DNA of 64,000 bases, taken from Flavobacterium sp. (GTDB taxonomy: Bacteria; Bacteroidota; Bacteroidia; Flavobacteriales; Flavobacteriaceae). Both the position numbers and the translations under genes were made by a program. Where the stretch lies: positions 35,201 through 99,200 of the forward strand of contig JAQSDU010000004.1 of assembly GCA_029946065.1 (NCBI GenBank). The letters are read 5' to 3'. Below the pieces are notes generated by a model. The model saw only the letters and a program-made list of their open reading frames with translations, had not been told where the DNA came from and ran no database searches. Shown here piece by piece: positions 18,760 to 26,353 of the stretch. The number at the start of each line of letters is the position of its first letter. Within the stretch, counting starts at the first letter, position 1.

Positions 18760-19383
18760 CTACAGATAAATAATAACATTCCCGTTCAAAATTCCCATAT
18801 TTCCTTTCACGCCATCCAATCTGCTGAACATGTTAATCAGCCCGTATTGATAAGAAATATTGGCGCGAAAATGCGTCACACCAAAAGTAATCCCCGCCGT
18901 CGGATAAATATTATAGTTGGTGATTTCCGTTATTTCATCCGCTTTAAGCGTTGTTCCTTTGATGGTATTAAGTTTGTCGCTACGGTCAATTTCCATCTTT
19001 CCGTTGACTTGAAGGATTGGACCAAATTCCAAAGTTAGATTTTCATCAAATATTTTCTTGCTGATTTGTAACGAAATCTGAACCATCCCGAATTTATAAT
19101 TGACATCTTTTGGTTGCAACAAGCTGTTGTATGTCGCCAAATCAAAATTCACTTCGCTAAACTGCACCGCATACACCATATCCCAATTGTCGTAATAATT
19201 GCCCCGAACAGACAAACCGGCGTTCCATCCCATTCCGGGTTTTGCGTCAAAAGCTGATGTGTAAAGACTCATTTGATTGACGCCGCCAATGATGCCGATG
19301 CGGTTGGAATCGCGGTAATTGTATTGGGCAAAAGCTTTAATCGAAAGTAAAAAAACAATAAGGCTAAAAAAAACAGTTTTCAT
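18760..19383 (-). CDS. Outer-membrane beta-barrel (porin-family) protein
   Basis: The internal start MKTVFFSLIVFLLSIKAFAQ is a signal peptide. The body has an alternating beta-strand pattern and a C-terminal aromatic-rich strand. Upstream ORF codons are judged spurious. Confidence 0.6.
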   Translation of the reverse strand: MKTVFFSLIVFLLSIKAFAQYNYRDSNRIGIIGGVNQMSLYTSAFDAKPGMGWNAGLSVRGNYYDNWDMVYAVQFSEVNFDLATYNSLLQPKDVNYKFGMVQISLQISKKIFDENLTLEFGPILQVNGKMEIDRSDKLNTIKGTTLKADEITEITNYNIYPTAGITFGVTHFRANISYQYGLINMFSRLDGVKGNMGILNGNVIIYL

Positions 19384-19461
19384 TTGGTCGTTTAAATTTG
19401 TAACAAACATACTATTTTTAGCGTACAATGAGTAAATAACCAATTAACACTTTATAAATCA

Positions 19462-20445
19462 ATGGAAGTAATTATTATTGTTCCGCTAGTATTAGCCTTA
19501 TTTTTATTCCTTTCTTCATTCTTTACCGTAAAACAGCAATCTGCCGTGGTCATCGAGCGTTTTGGGAAATTCCTCAGCGTAAGAAACTCTGGTTTGCAAC
19601 TCAAAATTCCGGTTTTCGACCGTATCGCCGGGCGCGTTAACCTCAAAATCCAACAGCTCGACGTTATTATCGAAACCAAAACAAAAGACAATGTTTTCAT
19701 CAAAATGAAAGTTTCGGTTCAGTTCAAAGTGATTCCCGATAAAGTGTATGATGCTTTTTACAAACTTGAATATCCACACGATCAGATTACCGCTTATGTT
19801 TTTGATGTGGTAAGGGCCGAAGTTCCGAAACTGAAACTCGACGATGTTTTTGAAAGAAAAGACGATATCGCCATCGCCGTAAAACGCGAATTGAATGAAG
19901 CGATGACGACTTACGGTTACGACATCATCAATACTTTGGTGACCGATATTGATCCGGACATTCAGGTGAAAAATGCGATGAACCGCATCAATGCTGCCGA
20001 TCGTGAAAAAACGGCTGCCGAATTTGAAGCCGAAAGTTCAAGAATCCGTATCGTTGCAAAAGCAAAAGCAGAAGCCGAAAGCAAAAGATTGCAAGGACAA
20101 GGTATCGCCGACCAAAGACGTGAAATTGCGCGTGGTTTGGTAGAAAGTGTTGAAGTTTTAAACAGCGTAGGTATCAATTCTCAGGAAGCTTCTGCGCTGA
20201 TTGTAGTTACGCAACATTATGACACTTTGCAAGCGATTGGTGCCGATGCCAATTCGAATTTGATTTTATTGCCCAATTCACCACAAGCCGGAAGCGATAT
20301 GCTGAACAATATGGTGGCTTCGTTTTCGGCCTCGAACCAAGTAGGTGAAATGATGAAAAAGAACAATAAGAAACTCAAACCGAAAGACGATTTCCACCAC
20401 GTTCCTACTCCACCTCCGGCGAATGAGAATGATGTTACAGAGTAA
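19462..20445 (+). CDS. SPFH/Band-7 (stomatin-prohibitin-like) membrane protein
   Basis: 327 aa. An N-terminal TM is followed by VKQQSAVVIERFGKF...LQLKIPVFDRI, the typical start of an SPFH domain. A coiled-coil region with AEAES repeats follows. Confidence 0.85.
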   Translation: MEVIIIVPLVLALFLFLSSFFTVKQQSAVVIERFGKFLSVRNSGLQLKIPVFDRIAGRVNLKIQQLDVIIETKTKDNVFIKMKVSVQFKVIPDKVYDAFYKLEYPHDQITAYVFDVVRAEVPKLKLDDVFERKDDIAIAVKRELNEAMTTYGYDIINTLVTDIDPDIQVKNAMNRINAADREKTAAEFEAESSRIRIVAKAKAEAESKRLQGQGIADQRREIARGLVESVEVLNSVGINSQEASALIVVTQHYDTLQAIGADANSNLILLPNSPQAGSDMLNNMVASFSASNQVGEMMKKNNKKLKPKDDFHHVPTPPPANENDVTE

Positions 20446-20528
20446 GATGAATAGATGCAAATAGATGATAGATTGCTGAGAATACTCGAACGCCTATTAT
20501 CTATTATCTTAATGTCTATTATCTCAAA

Positions 20529-20572
20529 ATAAAAAAGAGGCTGCGATTCAATTCACAGCCTCTTTCTCGTTT
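20529..20572. terminator. Bidirectional rho-independent terminator
   Basis: Stem GAGGCTG (20537..20543) pairs with CAGCCTC (20556..20562). It is flanked by an A-run upstream and TTTCTCGTTT downstream, between convergent genes. Confidence 0.7.
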
Positions 20573-20584
20573 AAAAATCTAAAA

Positions 20585-20905
20585 TTATTTTGTTGCTACA
20601 TGAACGTTATGCTTTAGTTCTTTGAGTTTATTTTCTAAAATACCAACGACATCTTCTTTTGTATGTTTACCGTTGGCAACCAAATCGTCAAAACTTGATT
20701 CAAAGCTTTTTTTAGAACTTCCGAATTTTGATTTTACTTTCCTGGTCATTTCCTCAAACGCATCTGCCAAATCATGTTTGGTATGATTGAAGCCGTCTTT
20801 GAATTTATCTTTGGTTGACTTTTCCTTAAAAGCATAATATAACGCTGCTCCTATCGCCGCACCGACTACGACACCCACGATAGCTTTTTCTGTTTTTCCC
20901 GACAT
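20585..20905 (-). CDS. YtxH-domain protein
   Basis: 106 aa with an N-terminal glycine-zipper helix IVGVVVGAAIGAALYYAF followed by charged helices. Confidence 0.6.
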   Translation of the reverse strand: MSGKTEKAIVGVVVGAAIGAALYYAFKEKSTKDKFKDGFNHTKHDLADAFEEMTRKVKSKFGSSKKSFESSFDDLVANGKHTKEDVVGILENKLKELKHNVHVATK

Positions 20906-20943
20906 AATCTTTTTCTTTAGTTATTTTTATTAAAGTTACAACT

Positions 20944-20970
20944 AAAAAAAGCAACTTACTGTTAAGTTGC
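20944..20970 (-). terminator. Rho-independent terminator just upstream of the YtxH gene
   Basis: On the minus strand, stem GCAACTTA / TAAGTTGC (20951..20958 / 20963..20970) with a 4-nt loop is followed by U7. Confidence 0.55.
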
Positions 20971-21139
20971 GGTTAAAGTCTGCCGAATTATACAAAAACA
21001 CAAAATAAGAAGCGCTGTTTGAATCTTTTTTAGGAAATGAATTCTTTGTCATTAGATTGTAAAAAGCGCTTTAAAGCCAATCTATGAAGGTTGTTTTTGA
21101 TTGGTTTTATAAATAGAAATTCTAACTTTAATCGAAATT

Positions 21140-21176
21140 CATAATAATAAGAAAGCGCCTTATAAAAAGCGCTTTT
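21140..21176 (-). terminator. Candidate glnS terminator
   Basis: On the minus strand, stem AAAGCGC / GCGCTTT (21169..21175 / 21152..21158) with a 10-nt loop is followed by CUUAUUAUUAU. It lies 27 nt after the glnS stop. Confidence 0.45.
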
Positions 21177-21202
21177 CTATCAATTATATTGATGGTTTGT
21201 TT

Positions 21203-23302
21203 TTAGATGACTTGCGAAAGCAACTCCAAAACTTTTTCATTTTTCTCCGAATTTTTCAAATCGGAAAGCTGCGGCTTAAATTGTTCAAAAACCGAAATAG
21301 CTCTTTTTAAATTCTGAATTGCTTCATAACGCACAAATGACGATTCGCTTTTTAGCGACATGGAGAATAATTTGTGCAAAACATCATCTTCAACTTCCGT
21401 TGGTTTGATATTAGCAGCATGTTTTAATAAGAAATTAGCGAACAATAATGAACTTTTATTGTTATTGATATTCTTTTTCAACGCATTATTCAACAGACTG
21501 AAATTCGAAATTGTAGCGAGGTTTTCTCCGATTGGCGTTTCAATAGCAAGTCGCTCCACATCTGTTTCCACTTTGAAATATTTATTCAAATCTTTCAGTG
21601 CGTTGTTGATGATATTCTCCTCTTTTTTGCCTTTTTCTTCCCAAGCATCTTTCAATCCAACAGTTTTGTTGAACACCAATTTTTCCGAAGTCGAATCTTT
21701 ATCCACTGTAAAATAACCCAATCTTTGGAACTGGAATTTATCTTCATTTTGAGCCGATTTCAAGCTTGGTTCCACAAAACCAGTAACTATTTTTAAAGAT
21801 TCCGGATTTACAAATTCTAAGAAATCGCGTCCTTTGTGTGTATCTGGTGCTTCATCGGTGAACAAACGGTCATAAAGGCGTATTTCTGCAGCAATTGCAT
21901 GTTGAATGGAAACCCAATGTAAAGTTCCCGAAACTTTGCGTTGACTGGCTTCTGTGCCGCTTCCGCTTAAACTATCCGTGTCATAAGTCGCTTGGATTTC
22001 GGTGATATTGCCATCCGAATCTTTTGTGACGCTTTCGCCTTTGATGATATATGCATTCTTCAAACGTACTTCTTTTCCAATACTCAAACGGAAAAATTTC
22101 GCCGGCGCTTCTTCCATAAAATCTTCTCTTTCGATATAAATTTCACGTGAAAAAGGTACTTTCCTGAAACCTGCGCTTTCGTCTTCTTGATTATTTTCGG
22201 CGTCAAGCCATTCTTCATTTCCTTTTGGATAATTGGTAATGACGAGTTTCACCGGATCCAAAACCGCCATAACTCTAGGGGCGGTTTTGTTTAAATCTTC
22301 GCGTATGCAAAATTCTAAAACTGAAACATCAATCAGATTATCGCGTTTGGCAATTCCGATTGTATTGGCAAAATTTCTTAACGATGCAGCCGTATAACCA
22401 CGTCGTCTAAGACCAGAAATCGTTGACATTCTAGGATCGTCCCAGCCGTTGACGTGTTTGTCTTCTACTAATTTTAGTAATTTTCTTTTGCTTACAACAG
22501 TGTGTGACAAATTCCTTCTGGCGAATTCCCTTTGTTTCGGACGTACTTTATTTTCATCGTAAATTTGGTCTAAAAACCAATCGTATAATTCCCTATGCGG
22601 TAAAAATTCTAACGTACAAAAGGAATGGGAAATCTGCTCTAAATAATCACTTTCACCGTGCGCCCAATCGTACATTGGATAAACGCACCATTTGTCGGCT
22701 GTTCTGTGGTGGTGCTTGTGTAAAATACGGTAAATAATTGGATCGCGCATCAACATGTTGGTCGATTTCATGTCGATTTTAGCACGTAAAATATGCGTTC
22801 CTTCGGCGAATTCTCCGTTTTTCATTCTTTCGAAAAGATCAAGGTTTTCTGTAACAGAACGATTCCTATACGGACTGTCAGTTCCTTCAGTTGACGGCGT
22901 TCCTTTTTGTTCCGCCATGGCTTCGGAAGATTGACTGTCAACGTAGGCTTTGCCGTCTTTTATAAATCCGACTGCCCAATCATATAGCTGCTGAAAATAG
23001 TCGGAAGCATATCGTTCTTCTGCCCATTCATAGCCCAACCATTCTACATCGCGCTTAATGGCATCAACATATTCTTGTTCTTCTTTTGCGGGATTGGTAT
23101 CATCAAAACGAAGGTTTACCGGCGCTTTATAATCGATTCCAAGACCGAAATTCAGCGCAATCGAACTGGCGTGTCCAATATGCAGGTAACCATTGGGCTC
23201 GGGTGGAAAACGGAAACGCAGTTTGTCTTGCGAAAGGCCGTTTTTTAAATCTTCTTCTATAATTTGTTCAATGAAATTGAGTGATTTCTCTTCGGTTGAC
23301 AT
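21203..23302 (-). CDS. glnS: Glutamine--tRNA ligase with a C-terminal extension of about 140 aa
   Basis: The start is MSTEEKSLNFIEQII. The HIGH motif is PEPNGYLHIGHA and the KMSKS variant is VVSKRKL. The canonical end ...LVFNKTVGLKDAWEEKG aligns with my recollection of the E. coli C-terminus ...VFNRTVGLRDTWAKVGE. About 140 further residues follow. Confidence 0.9.
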   Translation of the reverse strand: MSTEEKSLNFIEQIIEEDLKNGLSQDKLRFRFPPEPNGYLHIGHASSIALNFGLGIDYKAPVNLRFDDTNPAKEEQEYVDAIKRDVEWLGYEWAEERYASDYFQQLYDWAVGFIKDGKAYVDSQSSEAMAEQKGTPSTEGTDSPYRNRSVTENLDLFERMKNGEFAEGTHILRAKIDMKSTNMLMRDPIIYRILHKHHHRTADKWCVYPMYDWAHGESDYLEQISHSFCTLEFLPHRELYDWFLDQIYDENKVRPKQREFARRNLSHTVVSKRKLLKLVEDKHVNGWDDPRMSTISGLRRRGYTAASLRNFANTIGIAKRDNLIDVSVLEFCIREDLNKTAPRVMAVLDPVKLVITNYPKGNEEWLDAENNQEDESAGFRKVPFSREIYIEREDFMEEAPAKFFRLSIGKEVRLKNAYIIKGESVTKDSDGNITEIQATYDTDSLSGSGTEASQRKVSGTLHWVSIQHAIAAEIRLYDRLFTDEAPDTHKGRDFLEFVNPESLKIVTGFVEPSLKSAQNEDKFQFQRLGYFTVDKDSTSEKLVFNKTVGLKDAWEEKGKKEENIINNALKDLNKYFKVETDVERLAIETPIGENLATISNFSLLNNALKKNINNNKSSLLFANFLLKHAANIKPTEVEDDVLHKLFSMSLKSESSFVRYEAIQNLKRAISVFEQFKPQLSDLKNSEKNEKVLELLSQVI

Positions 23303-23337
23303 ATTCAATATTTTGAATCGCAAAGTTATCAAAAATG

Positions 23338-23407
23338 TTGGTTATTTGGGTATTCGTTGCTTTGGTTATTTGATTTTAGTACATTTATCACATCGACAAA
23401 TAACCAA
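23338..23407. repeat. Three copies of an 11-mer TTGGTTATTTG in the glnS/folB divergent region
   Basis: Read directly. Two copies are direct (23338..23348 and 23362..23372). One is inverted (CAAATAACCAA, 23397..23407). Confidence 0.85.
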
Positions 23408-23424
23408 ATTACCACAGCAACATT

Positions 23425-23784
23425 ATGGGCACAATAAAACTTAAAAACATACGCACTTTTTCTTACCACGGCTGCCTTGTGGAAGAAAGCAAAATCGGGT
23501 CGGAATATTCAGTAGATCTTGAAATAAAGACAGATTTGCGCAAGTCTTCCGCTTCCGATGATTTGAATGATACGGTTGATTATGTACTTTTAAACCGAAT
23601 TGTTGTGGAGGAAATGGCGGTTCGTTCGCAGCTTTTAGAACATGTGGCGCACCGTATAATAGTTAGGATTTTTAAAGAAATTGCGGCAGTATCAAGAATT
23701 GTTGTTGGAGTTTCGAAACTCAATCCACCGATTGGCGGTGATGTTGAAGCCGTTACGATTGTGATGGAAGAGTATAGAAATTAG
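23425..23784 (+). CDS. folB: Dihydroneopterin aldolase
   Basis: 119 aa. GTIKLKNIRTFSYHGCLVEESKIGSEYSVDLEI and the later DTVDY...V match the FolB pattern. Confidence 0.85.
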   Translation: MGTIKLKNIRTFSYHGCLVEESKIGSEYSVDLEIKTDLRKSSASDDLNDTVDYVLLNRIVVEEMAVRSQLLEHVAHRIIVRIFKEIAAVSRIVVGVSKLNPPIGGDVEAVTIVMEEYRN

Positions 23785-23853
23785 TGGTCAGGTAGCAGTG
23801 ATCGCTGCTCAGATTGCAGGTTTAAGATGTTTCATTATAAAAACTTTGTTACT

Positions 23854-23883
23854 TTGGAACTTTAAAATATTATACTATATTTG
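23854..23883 (+). promoter_or_regulatory. tRNA-Cys promoter: -33 TTG (23854..23856), 19-nt spacer, -7 TATATTTG (23876..23883)
   Basis: Matches the Bacteroidota TTG-N19-TAnnTTTG architecture. The tRNA 5' end lies 16 nt downstream. Confidence 0.6.
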
Positions 23884-23899
23884 CAATCCAATAAATAAT

Positions 23900-23970
23900 T
23901 GGCGTCGTGGCCGAGTGGCTAGGCTGGGCTCTGCAAAAGCTCCTACTCCGGTTCGAATCCGGACGATGCC
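23900..23970 (+). tRNA. tRNA-Cys (anticodon GCA)
   Basis: 71 nt, folded by hand. The acceptor stem is GGCGTCG/CGATGCC (one G-U). The anticodon stem GGGCT/AGCTC carries loop CTGCAAA. The T arm is TCCGG-TTCGAAT-CCGGA. CCA is not encoded. Confidence 0.85.
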
Positions 23971-23973
23971 TCT

Positions 23974-24003
23974 GAAAGCTTCCTGAAAAGGGAGCTTTTT
24001 TTG
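23974..24003 (+). terminator. tRNA-Cys terminator
   Basis: Stem AAAGCTTCC / GGGAGCTTT (one G-U) with loop TGAAAA is followed by T9. Confidence 0.7.
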
Positions 24004-24036
24004 TTTTAATTTTTAGGAAAAATTAGATAAAGAAAA

Positions 24037-24090
24037 CCGGACGATGCCTCTGAAAGCTTTCTTTTCAGGAAGCTTTTTTTGTTTTTTATA
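24037..24090 (+). repeat. Duplicate of the tRNA-Cys 3' end (23-bp perfect copy 24037..24059) plus a second hairpin and T-run
   Basis: CCGGACGATGCCTCTGAAAGCTT occurs at 23958..23980 and again at 24037..24059. It is followed by TCTTTTCAGGAAGCTTTTTTT, whose loop is the reverse complement of the first hairpin's loop. Confidence 0.9.
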
Positions 24091-24146
24091 CGAAGATTCG
24101 CGAATAAGACACAAAGTTTCGCGAAGTTAGAAACCTCTTGAATTTA

Positions 24147-24878
24147 TTACTTTTTTCGCTTTTCTTTTAGTTCCAAATTTCTTTGATTTCGTATATTTTG
24201 AAGACTGTCTTTAATGAATTCTTTAGTTTCGTAAAATGGAATTTCGTCATCAACTACTTCAATTACTATTGGAATTGCATTTTTGATACACCCTTCTAAA
24301 TTTGCACCAAATTTAACTTCTGAAATAGTAATCTGAGTGCCCGTTTTCAAGGTAGAAAGTTTCTTATAAATTTTTTCAAAGCTATTTCCTAAAACAACAA
24401 TTGATTCTTCTTTTGGAATTTTTACAGAAAATTGTCTTACATCAAAATTCAAATCGAACTCTACACCTACATCTACCGTAACTGTAGCGTCTTCAAATTC
24501 ACTTCTGTGGACATTTACAATACAATTGCTACAATTTCGTCCATTAATTTTCGCTATTGGATTTGGTATATTTTTTATTCTAAATGTATGTTTTTCAATA
24601 ATTACAGAATCGTCATACAGTGTAATAGTCAAAATAACAGCCACTTCCAAACCTGATCCTGGCGATAAATAATAATGTCCTTCTGAAACTTTTGTAAGAC
24701 CTGGAGCAGTAGCCGTAAACGATTTACAATTAGAAACAGCAATAGCAATTCGATTCGCAATCCCACGATAAACAATATTCATCTTTTCAGCAGAAACAAC
24801 ACCAAGGGGATTAATGGTATCATTCTGCCCATAAGAAAATGAAAAAACGAGAAGTAAAACACCAAACCATTTTTTCAT
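24147..24878 (-). CDS. Secreted protein resembling the GldM C-terminal domain
   Basis: 243 aa with signal peptide MKKWFGVLLLVFSFSYGQ. VSAEKMNIVYRGIANRIAIAV and FRIKNIPNPIAKINGRN resemble my recollection of the GldM_C pattern (kMNVlY.GvdNPisi ... FrVk.iPdP). Confidence 0.5.
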   Translation of the reverse strand: MKKWFGVLLLVFSFSYGQNDTINPLGVVSAEKMNIVYRGIANRIAIAVSNCKSFTATAPGLTKVSEGHYYLSPGSGLEVAVILTITLYDDSVIIEKHTFRIKNIPNPIAKINGRNCSNCIVNVHRSEFEDATVTVDVGVEFDLNFDVRQFSVKIPKEESIVVLGNSFEKIYKKLSTLKTGTQITISEVKFGANLEGCIKNAIPIVIEVVDDEIPFYETKEFIKDSLQNIRNQRNLELKEKRKK

Positions 24879-24890
24879 AGATCAAAAATT

Positions 24891-25583
24891 TTAGTTGCTG
24901 ATCTGGTGCGGCTCAATGATTTCAACCGCTTTTTTAACGAATTTCTGGTCGCTTGGAAACCAGCCTTGTAGCATGATGGTAACGCCAAAAACAATTAATA
25001 GAATATTAGTTATCTGCTTGATTTTTAATATATTATTGGGTGTCATTTTGTTTTTTAGCTTTTTCGCTAATATGATTTTTATAATATCAACCACGAGATA
25101 AGTAGCAATTACAGATCCGAAAAAAACAATAATTCTCGACGTTTCCATTTTTAAAGCCGGTCCGAAAGTAATAAAAATCAACAGCCAGAATCCGAGTACA
25201 CCAACATTAATAAAATTGAGGAAAAAGCCTTTGATATACAAACTCAGATAGTCCTTTTTCACTATAACTTCTCGAATATCTTCATCTATATTTTTAGGTG
25301 TTTTCTTGAGTTTTAGGAACGAAATGACACCATAAGTCACCATAATCAAACCACCAAAAATATAAAGTGCCGGCTCGTCTTTTATGCTGTTAATGAGACG
25401 ATAACTACTGAAATAGGCAATTAAGATAAAAACAAAATCGGCTGTAACGACGCCTAAATCAAATACGGTAGCCGCACGAAATCCTTTTACGGCTGCTGTT
25501 TCCAGCAACACAAAAAATACCGGCCCAATCATAAAGCAAAGCAATATTCCGAGTGGAATGGCTAATAAAATATCCTGCATCAA
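24891..25583 (-). CDS. LysE/RhtB-family amino-acid exporter
   Basis: 230 aa with six hydrophobic segments and an N-terminal GPVFFVLLETAAVKGFRAA typical of the family. Confidence 0.7.
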   Translation of the reverse strand: MMQDILLAIPLGILLCFMIGPVFFVLLETAAVKGFRAATVFDLGVVTADFVFILIAYFSSYRLINSIKDEPALYIFGGLIMVTYGVISFLKLKKTPKNIDEDIREVIVKKDYLSLYIKGFFLNFINVGVLGFWLLIFITFGPALKMETSRIIVFFGSVIATYLVVDIIKIILAKKLKNKMTPNNILKIKQITNILLIVFGVTIMLQGWFPSDQKFVKKAVEIIEPHQISN

Positions 25584-25632
25584 AAAGTTTTAAGTGGAAC
25601 TTATTGAAACAAATATAACTAAATTTTTTACT

Positions 25633-26301
25633 TTATTTCGCTTCTTCAATCGTACCGCCCGCGATTACTTTCTGGTTGATTTGTTTCGGATGTCCGTATA
25701 TCTTGATGTCACCGCCTGCCCTTACTTTTGCATCAACAAGACTTGTTGCATTTATATTGGCTTCGCCGCCGGCATTTACGGTGATTGTAATCTGTTCAGA
25801 AACAAGATTTTCCGCTTCATAATTACCACCTGAATTGATTAGTAAATCTTGTGTTGTCGCCGTTCCCTCTAAAAAAACCGTCGACCCTTGAGAAGCTTTC
25901 AGTTTTAATTTATCTACATCGAGTGTCAATTTAATTTCACTGCCTTCTTTTGCAATAATATCAAAACTTGTGGCTTTGAAAGTGTCCTGACTGGCAATTC
26001 TGGAACCTTCATTGGCTTCAACAGCATCAATTCCAGAATAATAAACGGTAGCAGAAATATTATCGCCGTCGAGTAATCGGTTCAATGGCATTCTGACTTT
26101 CAATTCGCCGCCTTTTATAACAGTTTCTACTTTATCAGCATCTTTTCCGGAAATAATAATTTTATTTTCATCGGCGTGGATTAATGTCACATCAATCCGG
26201 TCAAATGAGGTTACTTTATCAAAAGTTCCTAATGGTTTTGTGATTTGTGAAAAGCTTGAATTTACAGCCAATAACAACAATATGAAAGCTACTTTTCTCA
26301 T
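25633..26301 (-). CDS. DUF2807 / head-GIN-domain secreted beta-helix protein
   Basis: 222 aa with a signal peptide. It has FDRIDVTLI... and repeated G-containing beta-strands ending ...VRAGGDIKIYGHP. Confidence 0.6.
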   Translation of the reverse strand: MRKVAFILLLLAVNSSFSQITKPLGTFDKVTSFDRIDVTLIHADENKIIISGKDADKVETVIKGGELKVRMPLNRLLDGDNISATVYYSGIDAVEANEGSRIASQDTFKATSFDIIAKEGSEIKLTLDVDKLKLKASQGSTVFLEGTATTQDLLINSGGNYEAENLVSEQITITVNAGGEANINATSLVDAKVRAGGDIKIYGHPKQINQKVIAGGTIEEAK

Positions 26302-26353
26302 GATAATTAAGTTTTAGTTTTTTAAAGACGTCAAAAAAAATAAAATGTTGCAG

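Noticed and set aside
19452-19779. Minus-strand ORFs 19452..19703 and 19516..19779
   Set aside because: They are antisense to the strongly supported SPFH gene.
23798-23986. 62-aa ORF overlapping the tRNA-Cys gene
   Set aside because: It is explained by the tRNA and its promoter, and its sequence is not protein-like.
24060-26301. Possibility that the genes downstream of the duplicated tRNA-Cys end form an integrated genomic island
   Set aside because: There is no integrase, transposase or phage gene, the second repeat copy lies before these genes rather than after them, and the genes (GldM_C-like, LysE, DUF2807) look like ordinary chromosomal content.
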